Source of the DNA: Tubulanus polymorphus
Taxonomy: Eukaryota > Animalia > Nemertea
Direction: 5' to 3'
NCBI RefSeq assembly: GCF_964204645.1
Contig: NC_134034.1
Location: 9,498,962-9,562,961, forward strand
DNA: 64,000 nt
Below the pieces are notes generated by a model. That model worked only from the letters and a program-made list of their open reading frames with translations. It had not been told where the DNA came from and searched no databases. The stretch's first letter is position 1, and each line of letters opens with the position of its first letter. The position numbers were made by a program, and so were the translations under genes. This document shows positions 26,170 to 39,884 of this stretch, one piece after another.

Positions 26170-26639
26170 TAGCCCGCACTCACTTCACGTGCGAAGGGGG
26201 TGCGGGCTACTGATTAATATAACGTATATACTTGGAATGGATCCGTCATTTCTATGGAAAGAGTATCCGCCTGGTCAGATTCGACGATGCCATCCACGCC
26301 CTGGCGCTCCCCGAATCTGCCGACCCTCTCAGACATTTGTCGCAGGTAATTAATGGTTTTACCGGGTGTAGTTTAAATGGTTATGTCTGTGATTTGGTAC
26401 AGTGATCATCCAACGGATAAGACATTATAATGCGTGCGTTTAACATCGTCGTAACAGCGATGTCGACGTTATAGCCTGTTCGGTGTCGTTACGCACCCAC
26501 AGACAATGAGGGTAATTTTCAGAGAAAATAACGAGAAATTGTCTGCGTCTGTTGTGCGTTCTTGTCAGTTTTGATAGAGAGATCGTTGAAATGATTCTAT
26601 ATTATTGTAATGTATAACGCGCTTGGGAGGGATACTGGC

Positions 26640-26965
26640 TGATTTGAATCTCTTGGATCAAGCTCGCACATGTTGTGTGGGTATATATAATTCTCGAGCC
26701 AGATCCATTTTTGTGCGGGTTTTATTTGACTCCAAACCAAGTTCCACAGATTTGCGGATTTGCGGACTCTAGAGCCAATTCCGCAATTGTGTATACTTAA
26801 TTTGAATCTGGAGTTGTGTGGGTTAAATTCGACTCTGAACCCATATAGTCCCACAGTTGTATGGGTTTAATTTGACTCTGAATCCAGTTCCACAATCCCA
26901 CACAATTATTGTGTGTGTTTAGGCTGACTCATGTCCCCAGTTCTACCGTTCTGTGGATTTTGATT
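26640..26965 (+). repeat. 39-bp minisatellite array (degenerate)
   Basis: Same core motif. A further array lies at 27480-27660. Confidence 0.75.
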
Positions 26966-29196
26966 TGACTGCGGGTCAATATCTAAAGGGTTTACTTTAC
27001 GGAGACCAATGTTATTTGTCTCTGAACTCAGTAAACGAGTAACACATCGACTCTCAAGTAGTATCGAATTGGAAATAAAAAGGGCAAGGCGACAAATACT
27101 CATCTCATCTCAACCAACGCCCTGTTTCGAGAACTGGTAATGACTGTGTCGATGACATATGGCTTCTAAATGTAGATCCGTGTTGCGTCGATGTTTGCTA
27201 TAATTAGTAATTGTGATAAGCGCAAGTTTCAGGTGTTCAGAACACCTCCTCGTCCGACACCTTTGTTCGTAATTACTCGTTCTTGCTGCCGAGCGGTGTT
27301 GCTGCGGAGTTGCAGTTCCGTCTATTCGAACAGAAGTGTCAGTTTTCAATTATGGAAAGGAAAACAAAAACAGCGAAAGATATTTTCCAGGAATTACTGC
27401 GTCTTACAGTACCCGAGACTTTGGGACATCATCCCTTTGTGGGTAGAATCGCGGAGTCTTCATCAAAACGTTCATCAATCCATGGTTCAATTTTACTCTG
27501 TACCCAGTTCCACAGTTGTGTAGGCGTATTTTGACTGTGGACCCAGTTCCACAGTTGTGTAGATGTATTTTGACTGTGGATCCATTTCCACAGTTGTGTG
27601 GGTTTAATTCGACTCTGGATCCAGTTCCACAGTGATGTAGGTGTATTTTGACTCAGTTGTGGCTGGCCCAGTTATGACATTTTTAGAATCCTTGATTCGA
27701 TTCAGATTAGAAATGAACCCGCTTCAGGGAATCACGTTTACCAATCCTCCCGATTCCAAATCGATCTGTTGCTGTGTATATATTACCTTTGACATTTCAT
27801 AAACACTCAGACCCGACGTATATTTACACATCAACACAATCCTTTCGAAAGACATTGGTCTTAACAGTCTGCAGGATCGCACTAAAATAAAACAAGATGA
27901 GAAAATAAGTAATATGATAAATCGCGCTCATTCTTTTTCGAAAGCTTAGACAAATTACGGATGACGTGTAAATGTCACCGCAGTAAATATTCAGCAAAAC
28001 AAAACCCCAAAACGTGCAGCAAGTCGTATGAGTGTGGGTGGTGCTTCTCGGGTTCAACGCTGTGTATTATAGAACCCTGGATGGACACCTGAGCTTTCCA
28101 CCAACACCCATTTTAGAGCGAATGGTTTTCTGAATGGAACATTAAGGCGTTCTTCGGCTTGCCACTGCGGAGGAACCCTCAATAGTTTCCGAAAAACCTG
28201 CTCGGAGGGGTTCTTTGAAGAATCCTACTGAAAGTTCTGCGAACCTTTCAGTAGTTTTTTTCTCTTAGCTCTCCGTCCCCGACAATTGATAGTTTGAACG
28301 CTGAAAGTGACTGAGTTTCTTTCTGCAGTCCTCGTCTGAACTGTGAACATTTCTTTCAGAGTCGTTTTTTTTCGGGGCTCGAATCCTAACGACACGATTC
28401 ATTTCCGCGCTCTTCACCTGGCAATTATCGAGACAATCATCATGGTTTTCCAGCCTGACATCTAAAACTTTCGCCGTAAAAGCACTTTATACGCGCGTTA
28501 TAGTACTCTAGCATCTGGCCCGATTCACAATACAATCAATCGTACAGTTTACTGCGTCGTCAGAAAGCACTTATCGTTAAGAGGAAGTAAAACAATTGTT
28601 CGGCGCATGCGCGATATAGCCTCTTATTGTGCCGACGGTACGCATCCCGGAAACGTCGGTTTTCTCGATTCTATAGAGGATGGCATGTACTCGCTGTTTA
28701 TATCCGAGGACACCCCATCCATCAATCGTTTTTGCGTCCAATATTTCGAAGAATTATGAGTGCCGGCTGATTTTATTCGTGGAAGGAGTAAATAACGCAG
28801 TAACCGATAGAACACGTCCAATAATAGACAGATATTGTTGTTTATTCGGTGTGGTTTTGCTCTCTCTGTCCCCTCTGTAACGAGTCAGTCTATAACGCGC
28901 GTAGCTGATCTATGTTCATATAGTACCCACTGACCGGTTTTCATGATAGACATATGCGCAGCCCGATACTATTATGAACTCGATGATGGAAGCCGAAACC
29001 ATTAGTTATTGGTTAAATCCGCTTCTAGTCGAGTATTATTTTAAGAACTCTTGAAATTGAAGTGTGTGAATAACTTGGTAATTTGTGATGCACGTATACA
29101 AGATCGCCAGAGAATTAAACACTTATTTTTACTCCTCGCTAGCTACACGAGTATTAGCATTTATAATCGGAAGAAACTAAAGCCTGACCAAATAAC

Positions 29197-29740
29197 TACT
29201 AGCGACACCTGGTGGATCCCCACTTGCCACAAGTGGAATCCTTATTGCCACAGTAGTTGATGTCCTACTGTACACTCGCCACACCTGGTGGATCCTCACT
29301 TGCCACAAGTGCAATCCTCTATTGCCGCAGTAGTTGATACTAGCGACACCATGGTGGATCCTCATTTGCCACAAGTGAAATCCTTATTGCCGCAGTAGTT
29401 GATGTCCAACTGCACACTAGCGACACCTGGTGGATCCTCACTTACCACAAGTGCAATCCTCTATTGCCGCAGTAGTTGATACTAGCGACAACATGGTGGA
29501 TCCTCATTTGCCACAAGTGAAATCCTTATTGCCGCAGTAGTTGATGTCCAACTGTACACTAGCGACACCTGGTGGATCCTCACTTGCCACAAGTGAAATC
29601 CTTATTGCCACAGTAGTTGATATCTAACTGCTCACTAGCGACATCTGGTGGATTCCCACTTGCCAGAAATGGAATCCTTATTGCCGCAGTAGTTTATGTC
29701 CTACTGCACACTAGCGCCACAAGCGGAGTCCTTTATTGCG
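29197..29740 (-). repeat. Tandem array of 65/77-bp units (ctagcgacacctggtggatcctcacttgccacaagtg...) x 7
   Basis: Directly visible. Reverse complement of the 19700-20030 family. Confidence 0.92.
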
Positions 29741-31739
29741 ACAGTGATGCGTGTTCGGTATTACGAGAGATATCACGCATACTGTATGGAGTGTGAACTC
29801 GATGATTTCCACTCCTATTGAGGCGTATATCCCCAGACAATTTTGTAATGCGTGTTTGCACTCTGATAGTCAATTAGTGATGAATTGAAACTCAGTTGTT
29901 GACATAATTTTCTGAATCGATTTAATTTCTCGAAATCCGTTTCGACGTGACGTATTAGAGAAAAAGAGCCCATCTTTCGGTAACCGGTATCAGTGCGTAT
30001 ACTGCATAGACCTCTTGACTTATTTTCCTCTCGAGTGAGGCGTAGCTGGGAAAAACTCCGACATAAGGAACTTGTGTTTTGTGAATTTGAATTGCAAAGT
30101 GTTACGTTCATAAATGCGAAGAGCTGACTGTCTGCGGACTAGTGACGGGTTCAAGAGTGTGATCCGAGCATCTTTTCATTACTTCCTCCCTCGCAGTGAT
30201 TCAAATCGAATGATATCTTGAGATTCTATCTCAGTACCAACCCCTTCCCTAGTAGACACACCCTCCTTCACAGGGATTTGAACCTGATGACATCATGAGA
30301 CTCTGTCACAGTACAAACCTCTGCCTAAAATAGACCGCGTAAGGGTTTTCAAAATTGAGGTGAATTTTCTGCTATTTGTTTCTATTAAAATGATGGAATT
30401 GCAAGTAAATGCATTTCAATTGCTGATATAGCTGTTATGCACCGGTGAAAAATAACAGGTTCGAATAAATATCGCAGTTAAAAAAAAACTAATTGAAACA
30501 GCTACTCAAACGAAGGTAAAATGTTCACGTGGAATTTTAAGTGAAAGCTACAATTTAGCAACGTTCCTAATTGAATGGAGCGTTCGCGAGGGTTGGGGTG
30601 AGCACTTAACCTAACTACCGAGTCAAACATCGGTATTGTCAAGAGTAAAAGCAGCACTTGCGTATGATATGATGATTACGGGGGTTTCGGGGGGTGCTGC
30701 GCGTCGGCGGCGGCGGTGGTGGCAGACCGAACGGATCGCTGTTGCTGTTCGGCGCGGTAACAGCAGCCGCTACACAACCGGTTCAAACGGCAATATCATC
30801 GCCAGCTAGAGACGATCGCTCAGTTAACCGACCGGGGGTAGGCTACATTCACGCGCCGCGTCATCAGTCTGCTGGTTAGCTAGTCCTGGGAAATATCATC
30901 GAATCAATCAAACGCTACTGTTTCGAGCGAACGCGCGTGTATATTCGTATAGCGCGATTGATAAGGTACGTATTTTTATACGGTATAGTTTCGTTGAGTT
31001 TAAACCTATGTATCTCGTGTCGTCGGAAGAGAAACTGTAAAAGCTGCTGACTTCTGCTTAAGTTCTCATGATTTTCACGCAAAATTGTCGGATCGGCCTA
31101 ATCGTAAAATCAACACACGGAAGAAAAGATAGCGCGCACTCTGAGTTTGAAGTGGATTTCTTTCGAAGTCGAAATCTATCGATCTCTACGATTAGAGTGA
31201 GGACGTCGATTATTAGATTTCAGGATTTATCGAAATTTGTCACGAAAAATGAAGTAACGCGAATCTGTTTTCCGATTACTCGCTATACGGAACTTTTTGC
31301 GATTGGATTCGGTCGTCATCGGGGATTTGAGAAACGTTTCGGTTGGCGGCGAAAACCTTCAATACCGACTCTTTGTAAGCAGTTAGAATAATTGGGATAA
31401 TTTCATTGGAAGCTTTCAGTCGAACGGCTGGCAGAATTCGAAAGTGGTGAGTGTCTACAATTTAAACTGTTGCAGATGTTTCGACACCTTCTCTCTCCTC
31501 TCATTAGCTACCTCTTCCCTTGCTCTCTCTCCTCTCCCCTGCTCTCTGGTTCTCCATCGAATACTTGACTCTCGTAGATCAACGACCTTGAGCTCGTGTT
31601 AGACGATGTTTTAACAGTGGCTGTAATGTCTTTACTGTCAACATCATCACCATCAAATAGTGATTCTCGACGTTTATTTTGTTTAGTTGGTTCAGATTCA
31701 GTTGTTAGATTGATGTATAGTTGGTTTAGATTCGGAATC

Positions 31740-32070
31740 AGAATCCAGTTCGCACGGTTGTGTAGGTTTTACATCGACTCTGGATCCAGTTCCACAGTTG
31801 TGTGGGTTTAACATCGACTCTGGACTCAGTTCGGGTTTAATTTGACTCTGGATCCAGTTCCACAGTTGTGTGGGTTCAAACTCGACCTTGGATCTAGGTC
31901 AACAGTTGTATGGGTTTAATTTGACTCGGGCCCAGTTTCACTGTTGTGTGGGTTTTATTTGACGATGGATCTAGTTCCACAGTTGTATGGGTTTTATCTG
32001 ACTCCGGATCCAGTTCTACAGTTGTGTGGGTTTAATTCGACTCTTAATCCAGTCCAACAGTTGTGAGATT
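31740..32070 (+). repeat. 39-bp minisatellite array
   Basis: About 8 units. Confidence 0.88.
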
Positions 32071-34714
32071 TTGAATTTGATTTCTTTTACGTAATTAGAA
32101 ACCAACTAATTTTGATCTTAAGGCGTGAACTGTGTCAAAAAATGATCGCAACAAGAACCCGATCCAACTGAATTCACAGTTCAGTGTTAAACTCTATGCA
32201 GCTGACAGGGTTGTTAGAACTAATTCAGATCTTAAGAGCATTCGATCCGGAGTCAAACTTCTACCCAAGACACTGCATCACTGGCGATTTAAAACGAAAT
32301 ACGTATACAACACAAACCAAGAAATTAATTGAGGATATCAATATCAAAATTACTACCGGCGACGAGGACCGCGGGAAAATTCCGTGCCAGTGTGTATATA
32401 GCAAATTCTGGAACGGTTTAGAAAATTCTACAGGTTCGACCGTAAAAAAAGCGAGTCAACATTATTTTTGCGATATGATATTGAAAATGCCATCGCCTCC
32501 ACCGCACGCGATCGCGTTCACATCCATATCGTGAACAGCGACGAGTAAAACGACGCTTATAAAATAAACGGCTCGCGATCAACGAACCGTTCAAAAAAAC
32601 CAGCGCCGAATAACTGCCTGTATTTTGAAAAGTAATATCGAAACCGTTCGTATAAATGTTTTACGTTAGAACGCTATATGTTTTTAGGTAATCGAATTAC
32701 GATCCCGAATTGGTCCATCTCGGATTGCAATATATTTGCGTAACGCGTGATGGAAATAGAGGGAGAGCTATTTTGATTTGAGGTTCTATTACGCACGCGG
32801 TTCCCACTATCGTGTTGCGTTTCGCTGGATAGATTTTCGTGCGTTGGTTTTTTGTTGGTTTTTACGTATATTGTTTTGGTTGAGTTGTTTGCTGCTATTG
32901 TGATCATTGAGCGTAAACCCACGACATAAATGTAAACAACTGCTATTGTTGTTCTCCTGATTTTGTTCCTATCCTCGTTCGATTACGGAATAAACGTCGA
33001 GTTTGCTGATGTTTATTGTTATTTTGAAACGCCAATACTGATGACGTAGTGCACATTGACTCAGAAAGAACCATTTAACGCATGCTAGGTTTCAATGTAT
33101 ACAAACATTATTGTAACGGTTTTACGGCGTCAAAAAATCCCCCAATACAAAAAGAAAGAAGTTTTCCTTGAGCTAGTAGTTTATTTTCAACGTTTCGACA
33201 ACATCCTTTTGGTTATCCTCAGGAATACTAATCGTTACAATAGAAATCATGAAATAACGCGAATCTAATGTTATGTTATATGTTACGTTACGTTACGTTA
33301 TGTTTTGATTTCTTTTATCACGGAATTTTTCTTTCTAAAAATGTTATTTTTGTCCAAATTAGCGCGCCGAATTCGGGGATTCGCTTGGACGTAAAATCGT
33401 TCGCGATAGAAATTTGTTTTTAAACACGCTCGATTGAGCGATGCGCGCGACAGCTGACAAACTGTCTCCCAATCTGGGGCAGACGAGATTCAGGAGCAAC
33501 AGCTGCCGCCGGGTGACGAGTTAATTAATCTTCTATTTTGAAAACGGATTAGATATCAAATCGAATATAACGCAGTCATATTTTATTCATCATGTTTTGT
33601 ATAAACGATGTACCAAACAAATCGGTGTTTATTAAAACCCGTCAGCCTTCATAGAAAACACGCGCCTTGGGTTCCATTTTGTACCGTTTCTGATCTTGAA
33701 ACAATAATGATCGTCCCTTTTATTTACCTATCTAGTTTTAATTTGGTGTTCCCATTTTCTCTCGGTGGTTTCCACCAGTCACACCTGCGGCGAAGAAAAC
33801 AGGCGGTCTGATTTCGGAAATCGAAGTTACAGAGGCTGGTTGGTTATAGTCGCGACTTGAGTCCAGTAGTGGTTTTAAATCTTAAGAATGGTCTCAGAAG
33901 TTGTCGGTAGAATTCACAGAACTGTGTTCAGATCGAATTATATGCTCGGAGAGCATGTTACAGCTAGTGTTATTGCACCCACAGCTCGTATTGTCATAAA
34001 TGTACTCCTGACTATGTTTCGAACAGTTTACAAGTCCTTAAATCGGTTCGTGGTCACTTAGATTTGTCCACTGTGAAGCAGCACTATTCATAAAATCACA
34101 CAATCGTTCCCGCGCAAACAGCTTACTAATGGTGGCCTTTTAATTCTGTCAATTTTCTAAATGGTCCATTACCTTGTTAATTATTCTGTCAAATCCTTCT
34201 CATCTAAATTCAATAACAGTTGGTCGTATGGTTTATAAGTTAGTATATTTTGATTTTGTTCTGATGAAGACAAACATGGTTGCTAGCCGAAAAATGTCAA
34301 CGATATAATTTTTGAATATAAGTAAATATAACAAAAAAAAAAGATCTAAAATGATCGCCTCGGCATTTTGTTTACTTTAATGGGAAATTTCATTTCCGCT
34401 TCGCGTCAGCCAGCCTGATCCGACAAACGACTGATTGGGGTTTATTTTCTAGTTTGTTTGTCTAATACACCGAGTTTTGGAAGTATCTGTGAAGGGTTTT
34501 TTTCAGCCCACGCCTCCCGGTCGATAACAACAAGTCTCTATTTTTATGTTTGTACGTCTTGTAGACAGGGATTGTTCAAACGCCGAGTCTAGTTGCGAAG
34601 CCAGCATGTTCTATCTAATTTGTTGAAGTAATCGAGATCGAAAAGGTTGTCTCTATAACTAACAATATTATTTCTGTCTATTTTTTCAGTCATTTTTCAA
34701 GTGAAAATTTTTTG

Positions 34715-35300
34715 CCAATATTCATAATTTTTACTGAATCGGTGAATTCAATCGATAGTGAGGTCTTCATTTAGTAATTAATCATAATTATATTGAATCA
34801 CTGACATTGAGAATGAGAAAGACGTCATTAGTAAGTAACTAATCATGATTTCACTAAAACATCTGGGAATGATTAAAGCGTGATTAATAATGAATCATAC
34901 TTAACTGAATCCGCGAAGTTATTGAGAATGAGAAGGTGATTATTAATAACTGATATGATTTTACTGAAGTCTTAAGATTATTGAAAAATGGTGAGGTCAT
35001 CAGTAACTAATCATAATTTTACTGGATCCACGAATAAACACGATGAGACGGAACACTAGTTGATTACTTGACGCACGACTTTCGCTTCTGATGAAAGTAG
35101 TAGCTTCATCATGCTTATTAATTCTACACCGGTTAACACAGCGCATGTATATACAAAGCTTCCGAATCCATTAAGTAATTGAGAAAGAGAAGGAGGTCAT
35201 TTTAGTAACTAGTCATGATTTCACTGACTCCTTGAGATTTTTGAGAATGGCGAGGTGACTAGTAAAAGGTCGTTATTTTACTGAATAGTTGAAGTAATTA
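34715..35300 (+). repeat. Degenerate ~60-bp tandem repeat (taatcatgattttactgaatcc..ttattgagaatgagaagg..tagtaac)
   Basis: About 7-8 diverged units. Inverted copy near 49175-49245. Confidence 0.65.
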
Positions 35301-36164
35301 AGAATGAATGGAGTAACTAATGCGGTTATCCTCTGTGAAAGTTTGATTTTTAGACGGTATATATATAACTAACAATTTGAATGTTATTCGTCTTTTCAGT
35401 TGATCAACATTTCTGACACGACCGTCAAAGTGGAAGAATGGCAAAACGTTGTAGTCACCGAAAGCCGATGTTTCGGAAAGCGTGATTACATATGACAAAG
35501 TCGCGTTGATAATATTGAGACACACACAGCTGACGTATATAAAAAAAGAACGTTACCAACTGATTATATTCATGTAATCAAACCCTCAGGGTACGCGTGC
35601 TCTTAAACGCCAACTGTTCGAATAAACCAGAGAGAGAGCTAATCGTTAATTGCGTACGTTGGGGCGGTTTGAAACTAAATCCGCTGTTCAAAAAGAAACT
35701 TAGCGTACATTCGGATCGTATTACTGCGCTATAGGCGACAACCGTAAATCAAATTCCGTGCGCTCCTCGCTCGGGGATATCAGATTACTCAATAGTGCTG
35801 TCACTATCGCGTTTACGGTGAACCGAGGAACTATTTCTCATTGAAAAAAGATATATAATTGTATTGTGTCCGACAGTGCTGCCACCTTTCAGACATCGTA
35901 ACTATAGTGCTGCCACCATCGTGACTGCGTCTAAATGAAAAACTACTTGCGGTATATGTAAAAGTTCTGGTAACTCTGTGCGTGTGTTAGGCGTCATTTT
36001 CAGGCTTTCGTATCGATGGTACTGCCGCCGTCATGTTAATGGCAAAACCACGAACTACTTGCCAAGCAATCCGGATAAACTGATCGACAGTGCTGCCACC
36101 TACCCGTACTTCGTCTCGATAGTGCTGCCACCGCCGTGACGAACCTACTCGAGAGGTAGTAGCG

Positions 36165-37475
36165 ATGGTTATTCCGCCGAGCTTTGTGAACGTTTCGCTA
36201 ATCGGTCAAGGTAAAATCTCGCACGATAAGACGATACTAATGATGGAAAACTCGACTCAAGAGTTCGAGTCGTTGTTCGTTTACGGAGACGCCGCCGCCA
36301 CCGGCGCTGCCGCTGCTAATTCCTCTTCGGCGCTGAACGTTACCCCGGTCGTCTGTCACGACTGTTCGGCTGCTTGCGGAGTCTCCACGAAAGAGATCAT
36401 AATCGGTTTCGTGTTGGCGTTTTTCATATTCCTGACGATATTCGGCAACGTGCTGGTGCTCGTGGCAACGATACGCGTGCGTCACATGTGGACTGTAAGT
36501 AACGGTATGATCGCTTCTCTAGCGACGGCTGATCTACTGGTCGCTATAGCCGTGCTGCCGTTAAGTTTACAACAAGAGGTTTGCAATCAAGTGTGGACGC
36601 TGGGCACGACTATGTGCGTTATTTGGATGTCGGCGGACGTGTTCTGCTGCACGGCGTCCATTTTAAATATCGCTTCAATCGCGCTCGATCGATATTTCAG
36701 TATCGTTATGAACGTCGAGTACACGCACCGACCGGACGCATGTTTCTCGCGTCGGCGAGTTTGTATCGCGATGATCACAATGGTGTGGACGATATCGCTG
36801 TTGATCGCCGTTTCGCCGCCGCTGTTTAACTGGTACGCCGGAAACGAATTTGACGATCCGTACTCGTGCATAATCAGCCACGATTTGGGTTACACGATAT
36901 TCTCGACGTTCGGAGCTTTCTACATCCCGCTGGCGATCATACTGTTCGTTTATTATAAGATCTACCGGGTCGTGTTGGCGCGTGCGGCCGGTAAGCGTCA
37001 GGTCAGACCCGTTTACCACACGAGCAGCAACGATCGGTCGGTGATCACCGAAGTGTCCGAACTGAACACGTGTATCGATCGTGCGGTGACGACTACGGCA
37101 GACGAGAATGGCTCGACGGCACCGCTCACGTCGAAAAATGGCTTCCGCGCGAAACGGAGGACGCGCGATCAAACCGGAAGTACCTCATCGTCGACTCGAT
37201 CCGATCATAAAGAGCGATCGCGACGCAGCGTTAAGTTACTGGGGATTATTATAGCCTGTTTCACGTTGTGTTGGCTGCCATTTTTTATTCCGGTTGCCAT
37301 TTTGCCGTTTTGTCCGACGTGCCGAATGCCGCCGAAATTGTACAGTTTTGTTTTATGGTTGGGTTATTCGAACAGTTTTCTAAATCCGTTCATCTACGCC
37401 CTGTGGAGCCAAGACTTTCAGAACGCTCTCAGGAAATTGCTGCCTTGTTTGGCGGGCCGGGTACCCCGCACGTAA
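36165..37475 (+). CDS. Biogenic amine class A GPCR, 5-HT1-like serotonin receptor, intronless CDS (start may be ATG 36240)
   Basis: Seven hydrophobic segments with GN (TM1), LAxAD (TM2), D3.32 in DVFCCTASILN, DRY, TM5 YTIFSTFGAFYIP, TM6 CWLPFF..LPFC, TM7 WLGYSNS and NPFIY. N-glycosylation sequons in the N-terminus and a short C-tail. Confidence 0.93.
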   Translation: MVIPPSFVNVSLIGQGKISHDKTILMMENSTQEFESLFVYGDAAATGAAAANSSSALNVTPVVCHDCSAACGVSTKEIIIGFVLAFFIFLTIFGNVLVLVATIRVRHMWTVSNGMIASLATADLLVAIAVLPLSLQQEVCNQVWTLGTTMCVIWMSADVFCCTASILNIASIALDRYFSIVMNVEYTHRPDACFSRRRVCIAMITMVWTISLLIAVSPPLFNWYAGNEFDDPYSCIISHDLGYTIFSTFGAFYIPLAIILFVYYKIYRVVLARAAGKRQVRPVYHTSSNDRSVITEVSELNTCIDRAVTTTADENGSTAPLTSKNGFRAKRRTRDQTGSTSSSTRSDHKERSRRSVKLLGIIIACFTLCWLPFFIPVAILPFCPTCRMPPKLYSFVLWLGYSNSFLNPFIYALWSQDFQNALRKLLPCLAGRVPRT

Positions 37476-39884
37476 TACATATACGGATGTACATTCAAAA
37501 TATAACAGTTGCCGGTCGCATCCGGGCATTCCCGATCTGAATCGGTGCATCCGGACATTCCCGATCTGAAGCGAAATATTTCGGCCGTTTATTCCGAAAA
37601 TTCCCGATTTGAAATCGCAATCCCTACGCATTGATTTCCGAAAATTTCCGAATGGAAGCGGAATTCAAACCGATAAAACGGAACATTCCCTGCGTTCCCC
37701 GTCTTTTTGTGGCGCAATTGCGGTCAAAACTTTCGAAATAGCTGTAAATTATTTCATCAACAACTTATAAAACGTTTGTTGGAATTTATATAAGTAAGTT
37801 TGTTGTGTATAATATTTCTTCTTCCGAACTGTGATAACTATCATTATAGGCTTATTATACAGGTTTTTATCTTATTTTGTTAGATTCATAGATTAAAGTG
37901 GACTTGATTTAAACATTAAGCACCAGGTGTGGACTCAGTCCTGGATTTCAAATTGTAAATAGTCATCAAGGCCCTCCCAACGATGTTTATCGAGAACAAA
38001 TTTCAAATCACTGAAATATCATCGACTACAATGGCTTAATCAATTATATATGTATATACGTGGAAAGATCTGTTGAAACTTGTTTGATATTTTCGTCACC
38101 GATTTTTTGTCGACATCAAATGTCCTAATGATTCGATGAGGATCCGCCAGGTGCGCTAGTCGTCGGGATACCGGCAACGCTACTGATAGAAACGAAGGTT
38201 CGGCGATAATCCGCCAGGATCGCTAGTGATTACTGGGTTTCTTCTACGTTTCATTTCAATTTTAATCAATTTTAACCGATTAACCACTAGCGAACCTGGC
38301 GGATCCTCGCCTGCCATACGTGGAATACTCGATTGCCACAGTAGCGGTGCGGGTACCTCGTTAACGATGACAACTTTACGACTAGAAAAGTATACCCCTC
38401 GGCGACCATATGATGAGTTCAAAACCATGCCAAATATTGAGTAGAAAAGTTTCGAATTCATCTACGATCGAGGACTAATATTTGGATTCGGGAGTTGAAA
38501 AATTCGATTGACAATGAACTAATTTCGAATAACGTTGGTAAAACCGACTGTAAGCTACGCCGTCTGGGGGCGCGTGCCGGAACTCCAGTGCACACGTAGC
38601 ACACGTTGTATACGATACGATCGAAGAATTTTCAAAACTATCAACTGTTCCCGTCAACAAAGACGACGATTTTAATAATTGATTCGGAATTAATTTTTTA
38701 GGATATGAAAATCGATCACAGTTTTAAATCCGATAATGAATGAATGTGATGAAACGATCAATCAACTCACTTTACTGCATGTATGAGAGAGAGGGAGGGA
38801 GGGAGGGAGGGGCAGGGAGGGAGGGAGGGAGGGAGAGGGAGAGGGGAGAGGGAGAGAGGGAGAGGGAGAGGGAGAGGGAGGGAGAGAGAGAGAGAGGGGG
38901 GAGAGTCGTTTAACGATAATATCACTTCTCGATAGTGACAACATTAATCAATCAAAAAATTAATATCACAGCTTCAAACTTTCATCGGATGTAACGATTT
39001 ATCGGCAATGATATTGATCGAGAGAGTGAGAGATGAACAAAAATAACGCAGTCTGATTCGCCTCGCTCTGGCCCTAGACCGGCAGTACTAATGTTATTGC
39101 GATATACATTCGAATGATCAAAATGCAGGCATCATCTGCCACAGGGAACCAGCCCTTCAGATATTGGCTATCATAATCAAAAGCCTGATCGAACAGTTTT
39201 TGAACTTGCGCTGATGAAATGTCTTACGAATGTTACGGTTTTAGTTTTCGATTGAAAATGTCTCAGGTGAAGTTGTGAACACATGTGAACAGATATTAGA
39301 AGTGTGCTGATAGAATATCTAATATTTGGTGTTATAAGTTGATTTCCGATTAAGAATATCTCTGATGAAGTCCTGAACACAGTCATGTGGAGTGTTCACG
39401 AACAGAAAACGTGCTGACAAAATATCTTATGTCTGTTGCAATTGATTTTCGATTAAAAATGTATCTGGTGATGCACCGAACACGAGGCAAAGCTACTTGA
39501 CGATCACTTTTTAAAAGTGTAATGATGAAATGTACATAACGTGTTGTCATTGTACTAAAATGTACATAATGTCTAGCGATACAGCAGGACCTGATATTGA
39601 GGAAAATGTTGAGGAGATATCAATTATATGAATAAGGCCTATTTGTTTAATATTTCGTGCGTTGTTTTTGAAATATATACTGTGGATAACATGTTACAAG
39701 TGTAATTATATGTTATTAGTATGAATATATGAATATATGACTGTTGAAAATAAAAAAGCTATGGAGATAAAAAGAAGAACTTTATTACTTATTACTTCAT
39801 GATATGTAGTTGATTACACTGAGGGTTTAGATAGATTGGATTTCAAAAATCGTCGAACCGTGCTTTGTGGAACAGAGGATTGAT

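Noticed and set aside
25930-26353. AKSYCRSI / QRATVVLS repeat ORFs
   Set aside because: Translation of a 24-bp minisatellite, with no gene context or splice support.
36237-37631. Antisense and alternative-frame ORFs over the GPCR
   Set aside because: Shadow ORFs of a GC-rich coding region with no recognisable motifs.
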